NCBI GenBank assembly: GCA_965199845.1
Contig: CBDATZ010000042.1
Location: forward strand, 316,992 to 380,991
DNA length: 64,000 bases
Direction: 5' to 3'
From: Ilyomonas sp.
GTDB taxonomy: Bacteria; Bacteroidota; Bacteroidia; Chitinophagales; Chitinophagaceae
A program made the translations under genes and the position numbers. Shown piece by piece: positions 1-16,000 of the stretch. Within the stretch, counting starts at the first letter, position 1, and each line of letters starts with the position of its first letter. The notes beneath the pieces were generated by a model. The model did not search any database. It was given only the letters and a program-made list of their open reading frames with translations, and was not told the origin of the DNA.

Positions 1-88
1 AGAAAAACCGCGTGTATATTTTCCAATTCAATGTGTTGAATCATTACATTTGCCACCCGATTTTATCCAAATCATAAAAAAGAAACCA

Positions 89-1318
89 ATGGCTGAAAAA
101 ATCAAAGTTGCAAACCCTGTTGTTGAGCTTGACGGCGATGAGATGACGCGTATTATCTGGAAGTTTATTAAAGACAAACTGATATTGCCTTATATTGATG
201 TTGATATAAAATATTACGATTTAGGAATTGAATATCGTGATGAAACCAACGACCAGGTTACTATTGATTCAGCCAACGCCATCAAGCAATATGGAGTCGG
301 CATCAAGTGCGCAACCATTACGCCTGATGAAGCCCGTGTAAAAGAGTTCAATCTCAAACAAATGTGGAAAAGCCCGAACGGAACCATCCGCAATATCCTT
401 GATGGAACTGTTTTTCGCGAACCTATTGTTTGCACCAATGTGCCACGTTTGGTTCCTAACTGGACAGCACCGATTTGTATTGGTCGTCATGCTTTTGGTG
501 ATCAATACCGCGCTACCGATTTTGTAACCAAAGGCAAAGGCAAGCTGACTGTTAAGTTTGAAGGCGAAGACGGAACCAAACAGGAATTCGAAGTCTATAA
601 TTTTAAAGGCGATGGTGTTGCTTTAACTATGTACAATACAGACGAAAGCATCAGCGGTTTTGCACGTGCTTGCTTCAACCAGGCATTAACCAAAAAATGG
701 CCGTTGTATCTTTCTACAAAAAATACGATTTTAAAAAAATACGATGGTCGTTTTAAAGATATTTTTGAAGACATTTTTGAAAGTGAATTTAAAAATAAAT
801 TTGACGAAGCCGGTATTACTTACGAGCATCGTTTGATTGATGATATGGTTGCCAGTGCATTAAAATGGAACGGCAATTTTGTTTGGGCTTGTAAAAATTA
901 CGATGGCGATGTGCAAAGCGATACAGTAGCGCAAGGCTTTGGTAGCTTAGGTTTGATGACGTCAACCCTTGTTACGCCCGACGGAAATACGATGGAAGCC
1001 GAAGCCGCTCACGGAACAGTTACGCGTCACTATCGCGAACATCAGAAAGGCAACCCGACTTCTACCAACCCGATTGCTTCTATCTTTGCCTGGACACGTG
1101 GTTTGGAGTTTCGTGGTAAATTAGACAATAACCAGGAACTGATTGATTTCTGCCATGCTTTGGAAGCGGTTTGTATTGAAACCGTTGAAAGCGGTAAAAT
1201 GACGAAAGACCTTGCGATTACTATTAAACCAAAAGTTCAGCACGGTACAGATTATTTGTACACGGAAGAATTTTTGGAAGAGTTAGACAAGAATTTAAAA
1301 ATAAAACTGGGTAAATAA
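89..1318 (+). CDS. icd: NADP-dependent isocitrate dehydrogenase
   Basis: [31 protein letters not shown] and [10 protein letters not shown] motifs; start moved to ATG 89 (MAEKIKV). Confidence 0.97.
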   Translation: MAEKIKVANPVVELDGDEMTRIIWKFIKDKLILPYIDVDIKYYDLGIEYRDETNDQVTIDSANAIKQYGVGIKCATITPDEARVKEFNLKQMWKSPNGTIRNILDGTVFREPIVCTNVPRLVPNWTAPICIGRHAFGDQYRATDFVTKGKGKLTVKFEGEDGTKQEFEVYNFKGDGVALTMYNTDESISGFARACFNQALTKKWPLYLSTKNTILKKYDGRFKDIFEDIFESEFKNKFDEAGITYEHRLIDDMVASALKWNGNFVWACKNYDGDVQSDTVAQGFGSLGLMTSTLVTPDGNTMEAEAAHGTVTRHYREHQKGNPTSTNPIASIFAWTRGLEFRGKLDNNQELIDFCHALEAVCIETVESGKMTKDLAITIKPKVQHGTDYLYTEEFLEELDKNLKIKLGK

Positions 1319-1335
1319 TTTACTTCATATTGAAT

Positions 1336-1367
1336 AAAAAAAGCCGCTGGTTTATCAGCGGCTTTTT
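1336..1367 (+). terminator. Rho-independent terminator after icd
   Basis: AAAAAAGCCGCTGG-TTTA-TCAGCGGCTTTTT hairpin with U tract. Confidence 0.85.
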
Positions 1368-1467
1368 CTATGTTTTCATTCCGTATCAAATACTTATATC
1401 GTAACTATAAGTAAAGATAATTATAAGGCTCACTTTCCAATTATCTTTATATTAATATCATATTCTT

Positions 1468-1833
1468 ATGAGAACGAATCAGGCACCGACTTGTCTTTCT
1501 ATAATATCAATATTACTAATTGTATCAACCCTTAGTTTTAGCTGCGGAAAAGACAATATACCACGTAATAATATTTCTGATGATGAAGAAAGTGGCTTGC
1601 CCGGCGTTGAGAATCCATATATTGCTTATTATGTTATGAACAATATTACGGTTGATAATCCTCATTATCTCGCGGCTACATCAATTGATAATTTTGTTCT
1701 GTCAAAACGAAACGATACCAGTTCGTTCACATTACGATTTACAAATGCACTTCTCAAATCAGATAATACACATACAAACAACTGGATATTTTGCGATTCT
1801 TCTTATGATATAAACGGCGCAGATGGAGTTTGA
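1468..1833 (+). CDS. Hypothetical lipoprotein (N-terminal part; may be one gene with 1823-2182)
   Basis: Signal peptide with lipobox-like FSC; overlaps next ORF by 11 nt. Confidence 0.5.
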   Translation: MRTNQAPTCLSIISILLIVSTLSFSCGKDNIPRNNISDDEESGLPGVENPYIAYYVMNNITVDNPHYLAATSIDNFVLSKRNDTSSFTLRFTNALLKSDNTHTNNWIFCDSSYDINGADGV

Positions 1834-2182
1834 TTTTGTCTGCCAGTGGACAGGCGATTCAACAGCAACATTAACACCGGGCAAAACGTATAATTTAAAC
1901 GAGATGCGCGATAATAAAGCGGTGCCGGTTACAGAAACAAATGGCTACGTTTCGTACAATCATTTTCACACAAATTCAATCTTGGTAGTTTCATTGAACA
2001 GCATTTCCGGTGTTAACGAGCCGGAAGCACTCAACTCGTATTTAACGATTACAAAAGTTGAAAATAATACAGCATCCGGCACATTTTCGCTTGCTTTTGG
2101 CTGCACTGCCAATGGAAATTCTGGTAATGCTTACTCAAATTATGTGAAAGGTGTATTTAATAAAATACCAATTACGCAATAA
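1823..2182 (+). CDS. Hypothetical protein (possible C-terminal half of frameshifted lipoprotein)
   Basis: Beta-rich C-terminus LTITKVENNTASGTFS...GVFNKIP, a type seen in Bacteroidota lipoproteins. Confidence 0.5.
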   Translation: MEFDFVCQWTGDSTATLTPGKTYNLNEMRDNKAVPVTETNGYVSYNHFHTNSILVVSLNSISGVNEPEALNSYLTITKVENNTASGTFSLAFGCTANGNSGNAYSNYVKGVFNKIPITQ

Positions 2183-2216
2183 ATCTGTGGTATGATTTGA
2201 TTTATAAAGAAAACAA

Positions 2217-2249
2217 AAACGCCGCCTTCATTACTGAAAGCGGCGTTTG
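2217..2249. terminator. Bidirectional terminator between convergent genes (rpoB 3' end)
   Basis: AAACGCCGCCTTCA-TTAC-TGAAAGCGGCGTTT hairpin. Confidence 0.8.
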
Positions 2250-2269
2250 TTATATTAAACCAAAATGGC

Positions 2270-6072
<3,803 letters not shown>

Positions 6073-6340
6073 ATCTGAATTTAACCGGTTTTTTGCTTAA
6101 AACTTACTTTCCTGCTTAGCAAGCAAGAAAGCTCAATGCATTGAAAATGAAGAGAAGCAATCTAAATGCGCATCTATTATGGTTCTCTTACTAATAATTT
6201 GCAAATTTCAAAGGAGGGCAAAATTACGTATAATAGAGGAAAAACTGAAACAAATTTATAAGGGTTTTTATTGGTTTAACAAAATTTGACAATTGATTTA
6301 TAAAAAGATTTTAGTCTGGCGTAAGTTTTCAACGTTTTAT

Positions 6341-7690
6341 TTATTTTTTGAAAGGTATTTGCTTTGCTTTTCTCATTTTTTGAATCGCCCATTCACCTAC
6401 TTCTTTCCCCTGTTTTATTCCTTCATTTATCGCATCCATAAAATGAATACCGCCATAAAAACGGGAAATGGCTGCTTCATTTGCCGCTTCGTTAAACGAA
6501 ATAAAATGACGTGTGGGAAGTCCGAACCTGACTTCAGAAGAATCGGTAAACGGAATATTATCACCAATATAATGGGAAAGAATAGTTGCAGATGTTGCCG
6601 AAATACAGGAATGCCCGCTAAGATATTCGGGAAAAGGCGGCGTTTGTAACAAAGGTTTCCAATGTGTGTCAATCAATTCACGGATTGCCGTTTCAGGGCG
6701 AATGCGGTTACTCCGGTATTTTTCATCCCAGCAAGCCATAAAGCTATCCATCAATCCCATCGAAACCAAAGTGCTGATAAGCATGGTTTCGCCAAAAGAT
6801 TTTTTCTGTTGCCGGCAAACAATATCGGTAATGCTCAGCCAATGCGCTCCGGGTGAAATCTTTTTTAATCCCACCAACAAATGACCATCATCCTGAACAG
6901 CAAACGGATTGCAATCCCAATACAATGCAATTTCCCGATGAGCCTGCGTTAAACTATCCGGTGCCTGCTGATAATTGGCATATAATAATTTGTAGAAAGA
7001 TGAGTTTTTTTCTTTTGAAAAAATAGCTGGCGGCGGCACACGAAACTGGCTGCAGGAATCTAAAAAAAACGGGCGAATTGTATTGAAATATGGTTCTACC
7101 GCAGGCAAATAAGCCGGCGGCGTCGGGTACCAATAACCTTCTTTTTGCAAAGGTGTATAGCGAGGTTTGTTACTGATTTTATTATAGCCATCTTTCTTTG
7201 CATACAATACAATTTGCTTGCTTACAACAGCCGCATATTTCTGCGATTGTGTGATGATTTCTTCATCAAATCCTTTTTCACGGCAACTATCTAAAAAAGC
7301 AGTTTCATAAGCGACCAGTTCTTTGCCGGAAGGCTGCATTTTTTCTGCTGTTTGCAACATGGCTAAAATGGCAGATAATGAATAAGAATAACCTTGTATT
7401 GAATCGGGTTTTTGTAAATCCGGATATTGATTTATAACATTATGCATAGAAGCAAAATGCTTGTCATTTTCTGCAACAACTTCATAACCGGCAAGACACG
7501 CGTAACTAAAAAAACGTGACGCTAACGGCGGATTCGTTATGTCATGAATCATTAAATCTGTCATTTGCCTGATTACTTTTCCAATCTCGGCATTCGATAG
7601 TTCTGCTTTGTTTGCTGACTTATGAGCACAACTTAAACTAAACAAAAGAAGAAACAGAAAGGCGTTTTTTATGGAAAATTTGTTTTGCAT
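6341..7690 (-). CDS. Vanadium-dependent haloperoxidase / PAP2-family lipoprotein
   Basis: KY..NRIRP, TPPFPEYLSGHS and SRFYGGIHF motifs; lipobox LSC. Confidence 0.85.
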   Translation of the reverse strand: MQNKFSIKNAFLFLLLFSLSCAHKSANKAELSNAEIGKVIRQMTDLMIHDITNPPLASRFFSYACLAGYEVVAENDKHFASMHNVINQYPDLQKPDSIQGYSYSLSAILAMLQTAEKMQPSGKELVAYETAFLDSCREKGFDEEIITQSQKYAAVVSKQIVLYAKKDGYNKISNKPRYTPLQKEGYWYPTPPAYLPAVEPYFNTIRPFFLDSCSQFRVPPPAIFSKEKNSSFYKLLYANYQQAPDSLTQAHREIALYWDCNPFAVQDDGHLLVGLKKISPGAHWLSITDIVCRQQKKSFGETMLISTLVSMGLMDSFMACWDEKYRSNRIRPETAIRELIDTHWKPLLQTPPFPEYLSGHSCISATSATILSHYIGDNIPFTDSSEVRFGLPTRHFISFNEAANEAAISRFYGGIHFMDAINEGIKQGKEVGEWAIQKMRKAKQIPFKK

Positions 7691-7714
7691 AGATTCTGAA
7701 AAGATAGCAAACGG

Positions 7715-10700
7715 CTATTGTAATTTGTATGCTTTTGCGCCGGATTGATTGATGCCGAAGATATACGTATCGCCAAAATTGATAACGCTTCTTACATCGC
7801 CGTGAAGATGAAAGCCGGATTGCCATTGCGGAACATAAGTAAAATTTCCTTTGCCGTTTCCCTGTAACAAAACGCCATAGTTGGCATCGTATTTACCAAA
7901 CCGCAATCTTGCCCGATTGATGTTTCCGCAAAGTAACAAATCGGGAAAGCCATCTTTGTTATAATCAAGCGATGTGATTGTATAAACCGGCGATTCCTGC
8001 GCTTGTATCGGCAACGGTTTGCTGTGAAATTTTCCATCTTTTCCTGTTTCAAAATAAGATGTCGTTAAGCAATCAGCCGTAAGATGACCGGCATCTTTTA
8101 ATTCATCAGAACTAAAAATATCTGTAATGCTTTGGTCAGCATAATCGGCATAATTAGTATAGCGCGTTCGCATGATGCTCATCTCGTCTAATAACTCATC
8201 CCTGGTTACATACGGGTAACTTTTGCCCTGAATATAAAAGCAAAGAATCGGGTCAACCGAACCATTATCATCAAAGTCTTTATAATACATTTCCGCAGGC
8301 TGTTTTTCTGTGGCTTTGCATTGTGTATTTACACCCAGGTTACCGATAAGTAAATCAGGTTTTCCATCGCCGTTCATATCATTTATAAGAAGTTTATTCC
8401 ACCAGCCGGTATAAGATTTATCAAAATAATTATTCGTTTTATTTTCCAGTTTTCCGTTGCTGTTTATCATAACCGCAACCGGCATCCATTCGCCAATTAC
8501 AATCAAATCTTTTTTATTATCGCCATTCATATCAAGCCAGGCAGCGTCGGTTATCATTCCTGCATTTTGTAGGGCAGGAGCGATGGTTTGTATGTCATCT
8601 TTAAAATGACCTTTGCCGTCATTCACTAACAAATAGCTTTTTGGAGTTTCCGGATAGCGACCAGGAATAACGCGGCTGCCGACAAATAAATCTGTAAAGC
8701 CATCGCCATTTATATCAGCCGGTCGCACGCAGCTTTTGCTAGTGAGCATTGGCGGCAATGCACCAGTTGCTTTTGTGAAATTTCCTTTGCCATCGTTCAT
8801 ATATAGTCTGTCCTGCAATAAAGCATCATTCGGTTCAAAATTGTGATAGCCGCCGCCGGCAACATACAAGTCTGTAAAGCCATCGTTGTTGGCATCAAAG
8901 AAAGCCGCATCTGCATCATCGCTCATTTTATCGGCTTCAAAAGCAGCTTGTTTTGATGGTATGAATTTTCCATCTTTTTGTTGCACAAATAACATAGCTG
9001 CGGTTCCAGGTTCAGCACCCACAAATACATCTTCCAAACCGTCACCATTTACATCGCCTTTTATCATACAAGGACCGGAAAATGACATTGGGTTTATCAT
9101 TAATGGCTGACGTTTAAAATCGTTAATTATATTGGTTGGTTGTTCAAAAGAAAGGGGAGAAGTCGTCTCTGTAAATAATGTTTTTGAAGGTTGTATTCCT
9201 TTTGAAATTCCTGTCGCGTTTTTTTCTTCTATTGTTATTATTTGATTTGTTTTGACATTGTTTATCACCTGCTCTTTACCGCTTTCCCAAACAATTTTAA
9301 GTGAATCAACGGAAGCTACATCAGCCATACCAAAATGCAGAACCGGAGATACGGATGATTGATAACCGCGCGTTGGCATCTGCTCTTCATATTGCCTCTT
9401 TCCTTTTGCATAAAGCCAAACTTTTGCACCAATGCCTTGTGTATTCATGCCTTCGCCAATAAGCTTTATTTGCAGGTACTTATTGCTTCTGTTTTTTGAT
9501 GAAATGTTGTGATAGATAAAAGCCGGTTTGTTTATATTGTTGATGATTAAATCGAGCGCTCCATCATTATCCAGATCGGCATACGCAGCACCGTTGCTGT
9601 TCGATGGCAAATCAAATCCCCAATCTTTGCTAACGTCCTGGAATGTTAGATTTCCATTGTTTTTAAACACATAATTTACAACATCGCTCGAAGTCATTTT
9701 TTGTACTAAATCCAACACATTTTGCCTGCGGATATCGCCGCTATTATTTTGAATATAATCAGACATGTATTTCTGAAAATCCATGCTGGTATAATCGCGT
9801 GTAAAACCATTGCTGACAAATAAATCTTTCCAGCCGTCATTGTCATAATCGGCAAATAAAGCCGCCCAGCTCCAGTCGGTATTTGATATGCCAGCCAATT
9901 GACCAATCTCGCTGAAAGTGCCGTTTCCATTGTTTAGCTGCAACATATTGCGCATATACTGATAATAGAAACCGCTGCTTAGCATCAAATCATATTTTTC
10001 ATAATTATCAGGCGCCATCAACATTTTTTGACGGTGATTGTCTTCAGGCAACATATCAAGCGAAAGTATATCGGGCAAACCATCGTTATTCATATCGGCA
10101 ACATCGTTGCCCATACCAAAATGCGAAGTATGTCCCAACGCAGTTTGCTTAACATCTGTAAACGTTCCGTTTTTATTGTTGATGTACAAATAATCGGGCA
10201 CTGTATAATCGTTAGAAATGTATATATCAGGCCAGCCATCGTTGTTCAGATCGGCTATACCAGCGCCCAATCCATACGTTAATGAAGAACTGCTTATGAG
10301 TGAAGCTGCTGTAACATTTACAAACTTTCCGTTATCATTTTTATATACTTTGACCCCGATATTGGGATCACTTTTTTTTAGTTCATCTGCTGTTGTTAAC
10401 GCATCTAATACCGGCAAAGAACTTGGATTGTGATTGAGAAGCAGCATATCCAAATCACCATCTTTATCATAATCAAAAAAATAAGCCTGCGTGCTGTAAG
10501 ATGAATCTGCCAATCCATATTCTTCCGCTCTTTCCGAAAAAGTGGGAACGCCATGCTCATCATTTCCATTGTTGATATACAATTCATTTACTCTTTTCTC
10601 CGGGCGCAGTTTTCCGGAGTAACAAACGTAAACATCCAGTTTACCATCGCCGTTTACATCTGCCATGGTAACGCCGGTTTTCCAGGGTCCGGGCCTGCCC

Positions 10701-11059
10701 GCAACATCGGCTTGATCGGTAATATCTTCAAACTTCATAGCGCCTTTGTTCAGGTACAGTTTGTTGTCGTCTATATTACCCGAAAAATAAATATCCTGCA
10801 AGCCATCGCCGTTTACATCGCCAACGGCAACGCCACCGCCATTATAGAAATATTCATACATAAGAACATTCATGTTGAGATTTTCTTTGACTTCATTGTT
10901 GAAGTCTATATTGGTTAGTTCGGCAGGCAACAATTCAAAAACAGGATTTTCCTTTTGTGATGATGTATTGTCATCAGAACGATCATCAGATGAACAACCT
11001 GAAAAGATGATGAGTATAGCTGAGACTAAAGCACAACAAGAATAAACACAACGTAGCAA
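7715..11059 (-). CDS. FG-GAP/VCBS-repeat, ASPIC/UnbV (CRTAC1-like) lipoprotein
   Basis: Many D.N.DG..D repeats; GNTQGIGAKV-like ASPIC segment and GYQSS...LHFG. Confidence 0.9.
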   Translation of the reverse strand: MLRCVYSCCALVSAILIIFSGCSSDDRSDDNTSSQKENPVFELLPAELTNIDFNNEVKENLNMNVLMYEYFYNGGGVAVGDVNGDGLQDIYFSGNIDDNKLYLNKGAMKFEDITDQADVAGRPGPWKTGVTMADVNGDGKLDVYVCYSGKLRPEKRVNELYINNGNDEHGVPTFSERAEEYGLADSSYSTQAYFFDYDKDGDLDMLLLNHNPSSLPVLDALTTADELKKSDPNIGVKVYKNDNGKFVNVTAASLISSSSLTYGLGAGIADLNNDGWPDIYISNDYTVPDYLYINNKNGTFTDVKQTALGHTSHFGMGNDVADMNNDGLPDILSLDMLPEDNHRQKMLMAPDNYEKYDLMLSSGFYYQYMRNMLQLNNGNGTFSEIGQLAGISNTDWSWAALFADYDNDGWKDLFVSNGFTRDYTSMDFQKYMSDYIQNNSGDIRRQNVLDLVQKMTSSDVVNYVFKNNGNLTFQDVSKDWGFDLPSNSNGAAYADLDNDGALDLIINNINKPAFIYHNISSKNRSNKYLQIKLIGEGMNTQGIGAKVWLYAKGKRQYEEQMPTRGYQSSVSPVLHFGMADVASVDSLKIVWESGKEQVINNVKTNQIITIEEKNATGISKGIQPSKTLFTETTSPLSFEQPTNIINDFKRQPLMINPMSFSGPCMIKGDVNGDGLEDVFVGAEPGTAAMLFVQQKDGKFIPSKQAAFEADKMSDDADAAFFDANNDGFTDLYVAGGGYHNFEPNDALLQDRLYMNDGKGNFTKATGALPPMLTSKSCVRPADINGDGFTDLFVGSRVIPGRYPETPKSYLLVNDGKGHFKDDIQTIAPALQNAGMITDAAWLDMNGDNKKDLIVIGEWMPVAVMINSNGKLENKTNNYFDKSYTGWWNKLLINDMNGDGKPDLLIGNLGVNTQCKATEKQPAEMYYKDFDDNGSVDPILCFYIQGKSYPYVTRDELLDEMSIMRTRYTNYADYADQSITDIFSSDELKDAGHLTADCLTTSYFETGKDGKFHSKPLPIQAQESPVYTITSLDYNKDGFPDLLLCGNINRARLRFGKYDANYGVLLQGNGKGNFTYVPQWQSGFHLHGDVRSVINFGDTYIFGINQSGAKAYKLQ

Positions 11060-11096
11060 GCGAAAAAAATTTGGTTGGAAAGATAGATTAATCTTA

Positions 11097-11131
11097 AAAA
11101 AAGAAGCCGGTAATTACCGGCTTCTTTTTTT
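11097..11131 (-). terminator. Terminator after susD
   Basis: AAAAAAGAAGCCGG-TAATTA-CCGGCTTCTTTTTT perfect hairpin. Confidence 0.85.
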
Positions 11132-11157
11132 ATAAAAAAAATATAATTTGAAACTGA

Positions 11158-13041
11158 TTACTGATCATAACCGGGATTCTGATCCAGCTTATTGTTCTTA
11201 TTTATTTCATCGCGGCTAAACGGACGGAAATACATTTTATCAACCCATTGCCTGTTTTCATGGGCAATATCCTCAACCGGAGAATATGTGTAATCATAAA
11301 CGGTTTCATCATGATGGTAAGGTCTCGACATGGTTTTACCAGCTTTAAACTTACCAACCACATTAATAAAGGTTAGTTTCCTGCCTAATGTTGCTGGTGC
11401 TATCATCCAGCGCCTGGCATCGTGATAACGATGTTCTTCATAAACCAATTCCAATCTTCTTTCTTTACGGTAGCGTTGCCTTATATCATCCTGTGTTGTT
11501 TCGGTAATTGCCGGCATACCAGAACGGAAGCGGATGCGATTCAACCATAAGGTTGCTTCGGTTAACTGATTTAATTCGATAGACGCTTCTATGTAGTTTA
11601 AAACAGCTTCTGTATAGCGGAAGAATGGCCAAGGAACATTTTGACGGTCTGTATTGTCAACAATATTAGGATCAGGGTCGGTAAACTTACGCATGTAATA
11701 CCCTGTGCGACTACCGTTCCAGTCTTCAATTTGACTGCTACGTGTATCAAGACCTTTGAAAATAATCAAACTTCCATTGTCTATTAAATCATATTGACCT
11801 GTTTGTATCTGACTAGCAGGATCAACATCGCCGGATATTTTGTTACGTGGTTTCCAGCCTGAACCATCGTACATTACCGTAGCATACATTCTCGGATCGC
11901 GGTTGATGTAAGGATGTGCTTTTTCATCAGCGTTGCTCCAGCTAAAGCTACTTCCATCCATCATTTCATAGTCATCAACCAATAAGCCAATTGGTGTATT
12001 ACCTGCCCAGCAGTGGTAACCATTTGGTCCGTTGTATAAACCAATTTGCCTGGCGCCTTCATCCTGGTCAGGTATAAAATAACGGGCAAAGATTAACTCA
12101 TTACCTGCCTCGGCATCGGCAACCCTGCTTTTTCCACCCATCGAAAGTGCGATATAATTAGCCGTACCTTCTGCCATAGAAACCCGATCCGTTAAATTCA
12201 GTTTGTATCCTGTACCCATATCAACTACTGCTTTGGCAGCAGTTTGCGCTGCTGTCCATCGGGCAACTCTATCTCCACCCACATATCCTAAAAATTCACG
12301 ATGAGAATAATCAGGAAACAGAGTTGAACTATTATGTAAATCGCTCGCGGCATACAATAATATACGTGATTTTAAAGCTAATGCAGCTAATACATTGGCG
12401 CGACCTTTATCTAATGTACCTCCATTACTTTTTGTACTATATTCATTGAGATAAGTAACTGAACTGTCGCAATCGCTTACAATAAAATTTACGCAATCTT
12501 CAAAACTATTCCTTGCTATTGAATAATCCTGATTAAGATCGTAAGTAGAAGTAATAATTGGAACACCGCCGTAATAACGAACTAACTGGTGATAATAATA
12601 GGCGCGAATAAAATGAAGTTCGCCTAATAAACGAGGTTTTAAAATGGTATCCTGAAAAGAGCCTTCGGCTGTAATATTAGTTAAGGCCAGATTGCAGGCG
12701 CGTATGCCATTATACATATCTGCCCAGCCATAGGTAGCATCTACCCATCCAATATTGGACGGGCTTAAACTGCCTTCATTAATTGTATTGATACTGCGAC
12801 CTGTATGTGTAAATACAGCTTCATCGGATAACGAAGCCAGCATTTGCTCGCTAAAACCTCCTGCATACAATTTACTGTAACAACCGTTTACAAAAGATTC
12901 TGATAAGGCTCCATCCACCCAGGTTTGTGCAGCCGGAATCTGGTTGGGCGATTCCAGGTTCAAAAAGTCTTTTTTACAGGAAAATAACGTTCCTGTAAAA
13001 ATTAATAAATAAATAAATACCTGATTTATTTTACTGTTCAT
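11158..13041 (-). CDS. SusD/RagB-family outer membrane lipoprotein
   Basis: FSC lipobox; RAYYYHQLVRYYGGVP, ERRLELVYEEHRYHDARRW and QNPGY; downstream of SusC. Confidence 0.93.
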   Translation of the reverse strand: MNSKINQVFIYLLIFTGTLFSCKKDFLNLESPNQIPAAQTWVDGALSESFVNGCYSKLYAGGFSEQMLASLSDEAVFTHTGRSINTINEGSLSPSNIGWVDATYGWADMYNGIRACNLALTNITAEGSFQDTILKPRLLGELHFIRAYYYHQLVRYYGGVPIITSTYDLNQDYSIARNSFEDCVNFIVSDCDSSVTYLNEYSTKSNGGTLDKGRANVLAALALKSRILLYAASDLHNSSTLFPDYSHREFLGYVGGDRVARWTAAQTAAKAVVDMGTGYKLNLTDRVSMAEGTANYIALSMGGKSRVADAEAGNELIFARYFIPDQDEGARQIGLYNGPNGYHCWAGNTPIGLLVDDYEMMDGSSFSWSNADEKAHPYINRDPRMYATVMYDGSGWKPRNKISGDVDPASQIQTGQYDLIDNGSLIIFKGLDTRSSQIEDWNGSRTGYYMRKFTDPDPNIVDNTDRQNVPWPFFRYTEAVLNYIEASIELNQLTEATLWLNRIRFRSGMPAITETTQDDIRQRYRKERRLELVYEEHRYHDARRWMIAPATLGRKLTFINVVGKFKAGKTMSRPYHHDETVYDYTYSPVEDIAHENRQWVDKMYFRPFSRDEINKNNKLDQNPGYDQ

Positions 13042-13051
13042 TGCTTTAAAT

Positions 13052-16000
13052 TTAGAATGTTACTCTTACACCTGCGCTGACGATTCTGGACTGTGGATAA
13101 TATTTACCATCTTGCGTGGTTGCTTCCGGATCCCAAATCTTGATTTTATCAATGGTTAACAGATTAAGTCCGCTAACATAGATTCTTAAGTTGCTGATGC
13201 CAGTACGTTTTCCAAGCGCATCAGAAAGAGAGTAACCGATTTCAACATTCTTCAGTCGCATATAATTATTACTTTTTATAAAATAATCATTATTCCATGC
13301 TGAACCACCTGTGTAATATCTATTCTGGCGATTAGTTAAACGGGGATCTATACTACTTGGCTGATCAATCGTCCAGCGATGATCGTAAGAATACTGAAGG
13401 AAATTTCCTATATCGCCGGATTCTGTACGACCAATAAACTGCAAGCCACCCGTTGCGCCCTGCACTAAAATAGAACAATCGAAGTTTTTGTACTGAAGAT
13501 TGATATTAACACCACCAGTAAAAGAAGGTGTATTGGTTTTGTCTAATCTTACCTGATCATCGGCGTTAATTTTTCCATCTCCATTTGCATCTTTTATTTT
13601 CATATCACCTGGCAAAAGATTACCGGTAATCGGAGAATAGTCAATTGTATTCTTATCAATATCGGCCTGATCAACAAAAACACCATCATATTTATAAACT
13701 AAAAAAGCACCATAAGGACTTCCGGTTGAACGCTGATAAGAAGGAATACCCGGCGTTTCGTTCCATTCTATAATTTTATTTTTAGCGTAGCCTCCATTAA
13801 CACTTACGCTATATACAAAATCACCCGCTCTATCGCTGTATGTAAGTTTAAATTCACCGCCGCGGTTTACCATTTTACCATAGTTTACAGGTGGAAGTTT
13901 ATCTGTTATACCTGATGTAGCCGGCGTTGTTCCGTTGAGATAAGTAAGGATGTTTGATCTTTTGTTATAGAAATAATCTAATTCTAAACTCAATTTGTTT
14001 TTCAAAAATGATGCATCAATACCAACATTGTAGTTATTAGCAACCTCCCATGTAAAATTATAGTTAGGTACTACTGTTTCAAGTAATGTTTTGGCTATCT
14101 GGTCGTTCACAATGTAAGTACCAAATGAGTAATTTGATACATACTGATATTGCGCATAAGCTGTGCCACCAGGATAATATGGCTCAGCACCCATTTGTCC
14201 CCAGGAAGCTCTTAACTTCAGGTTATTGATAAACTGGACGTTATTTTTAAAGAAGTTTTCTTCAGATATTCTCCATCCGGCAGATAAACCGGGAAAGAAA
14301 CCAAACCTGCTTTTTTCCGGAAACAAGTAAGAACCATCATCACGCCACAGAAACTCGGCAATATATTTTTCTTTGTAATTATAACCAACACGACCAAAAT
14401 AACTTAACCGTGCCCTATTGTACAAGTAATCTCCGTTGCCTATTGTTTGCGCTAATGAACCTCCTGCAAAAAGCTGGTCAATAGCAGGAGAAATAAAATA
14501 TCTGCGGAATGCTGTAAAACCATCAGCATTGACATCTTCCTTCTGTACACCTACTAATGCAGTCAAGGCGTGATTATTTCCAAAAGTATGGCTGTAATCT
14601 ATTGTTCCTACTAAGTTAATAGCTAACTCCTGTGAAGCGGATTGTGACAATCTTGGATCATTAAAAGTTGATCTTACAGAACCTTTTAAGAAAGGTGTTG
14701 TTCCATCATCTTCATACGTTTTTCCATCCCAGTAATACAATGTCCAGGGAGTCTGCCAGGAACGTACGGTAGAAGATGTTTTATCTATAGCTGCCGTACC
14801 GGTAATTTTTAAACCTTGGACCCAAGGAATTTGTATTTCAACTTTTCCGTTTGTTTGAAGATAGTCGCGTTTGTCTTTAATATACCCGGTAGCATCAGTT
14901 GTAATTACAACCGGATTTTGACCATTTTCAATATCAGGTCCCGGGCGACCATCAGGCCATACCGCTATTTCGGTTGGCTTGCCTCTCATCATCATTCTAA
15001 ATATGTCGCCCGCGCCGCCGCCATTTGGAAAATGCCTGTATTCTTCACGGGCAAGAATACCAATTGTAGTGGTTATGTATTTATTAATCCTGGCATCCAC
15101 ATTCAAACGCATATCATATTGCTTATAACCGGTAGCCGAGCGTTTATAATAGCCATCCTGATCGGTATAGCCTAAAGAAGCCAGATATTTAATATTATCA
15201 CTGCCACCACTAATTTGTAAATTATTTTTTACTTGTGGAGACCAAGTTTTTAAAACGGTTTTATACCAGTCTGTATTTGGATAATGTAACGGATCAGAAC
15301 CATCAGCAAACTTCTTTATTGCATCCTGGTTGTAAACAGCTGTAACTTCAGCCCCGTCAAGTTTTGTATAAGTACCGGTTGTTTGGAATGCCTGGAAAGC
15401 GGCGCCCCATTCAGCCGCCGGTACATTATCATAAATGGTTAATTCATTTCTGATAGTTGCGTATTCAGGTGCGGTAGACATTTCCGGAGTACGCGTTGGC
15501 TGACCCCAGCCATAATTAAAATCGTATGATACGGTTGGCTTACCGCTTTTGCCACGTTTTGTTGTAATAAGAATTACACCATTCGCAGCACGCGAACCAT
15601 AAATAGCAGCAGCGGCATCTTTCAAAACAGATACACTTTCAATATCTTGTGGATTAATACGGTCTAAACCACCTGCCCTGTTAGGAACACCATCAACAAC
15701 TATTAATGCATCGCTGTTACCATACGAATTAACACCACGGATGCGAATAGCAGAACCATCGTAGCCAGGTTCACCGCTTGACTGCACAGCGGTAATACCG
15801 GGCAAACGACCGGCTAAGGTATTAGACAAATTTGCGGTAGGCGTCTTAGCTAATTCTGTACCTTTTACCTGGGCAACGGCACCTGTAACCGTTACTTTCT
15901 TTTGTGTACCGTAACCTACGACTACCACAGATTCAAGCTGACCAGCTTCGCCAGCGCTCATTTTTACTTCTATAAACGATTGTGAGCCGACCGTAATTTC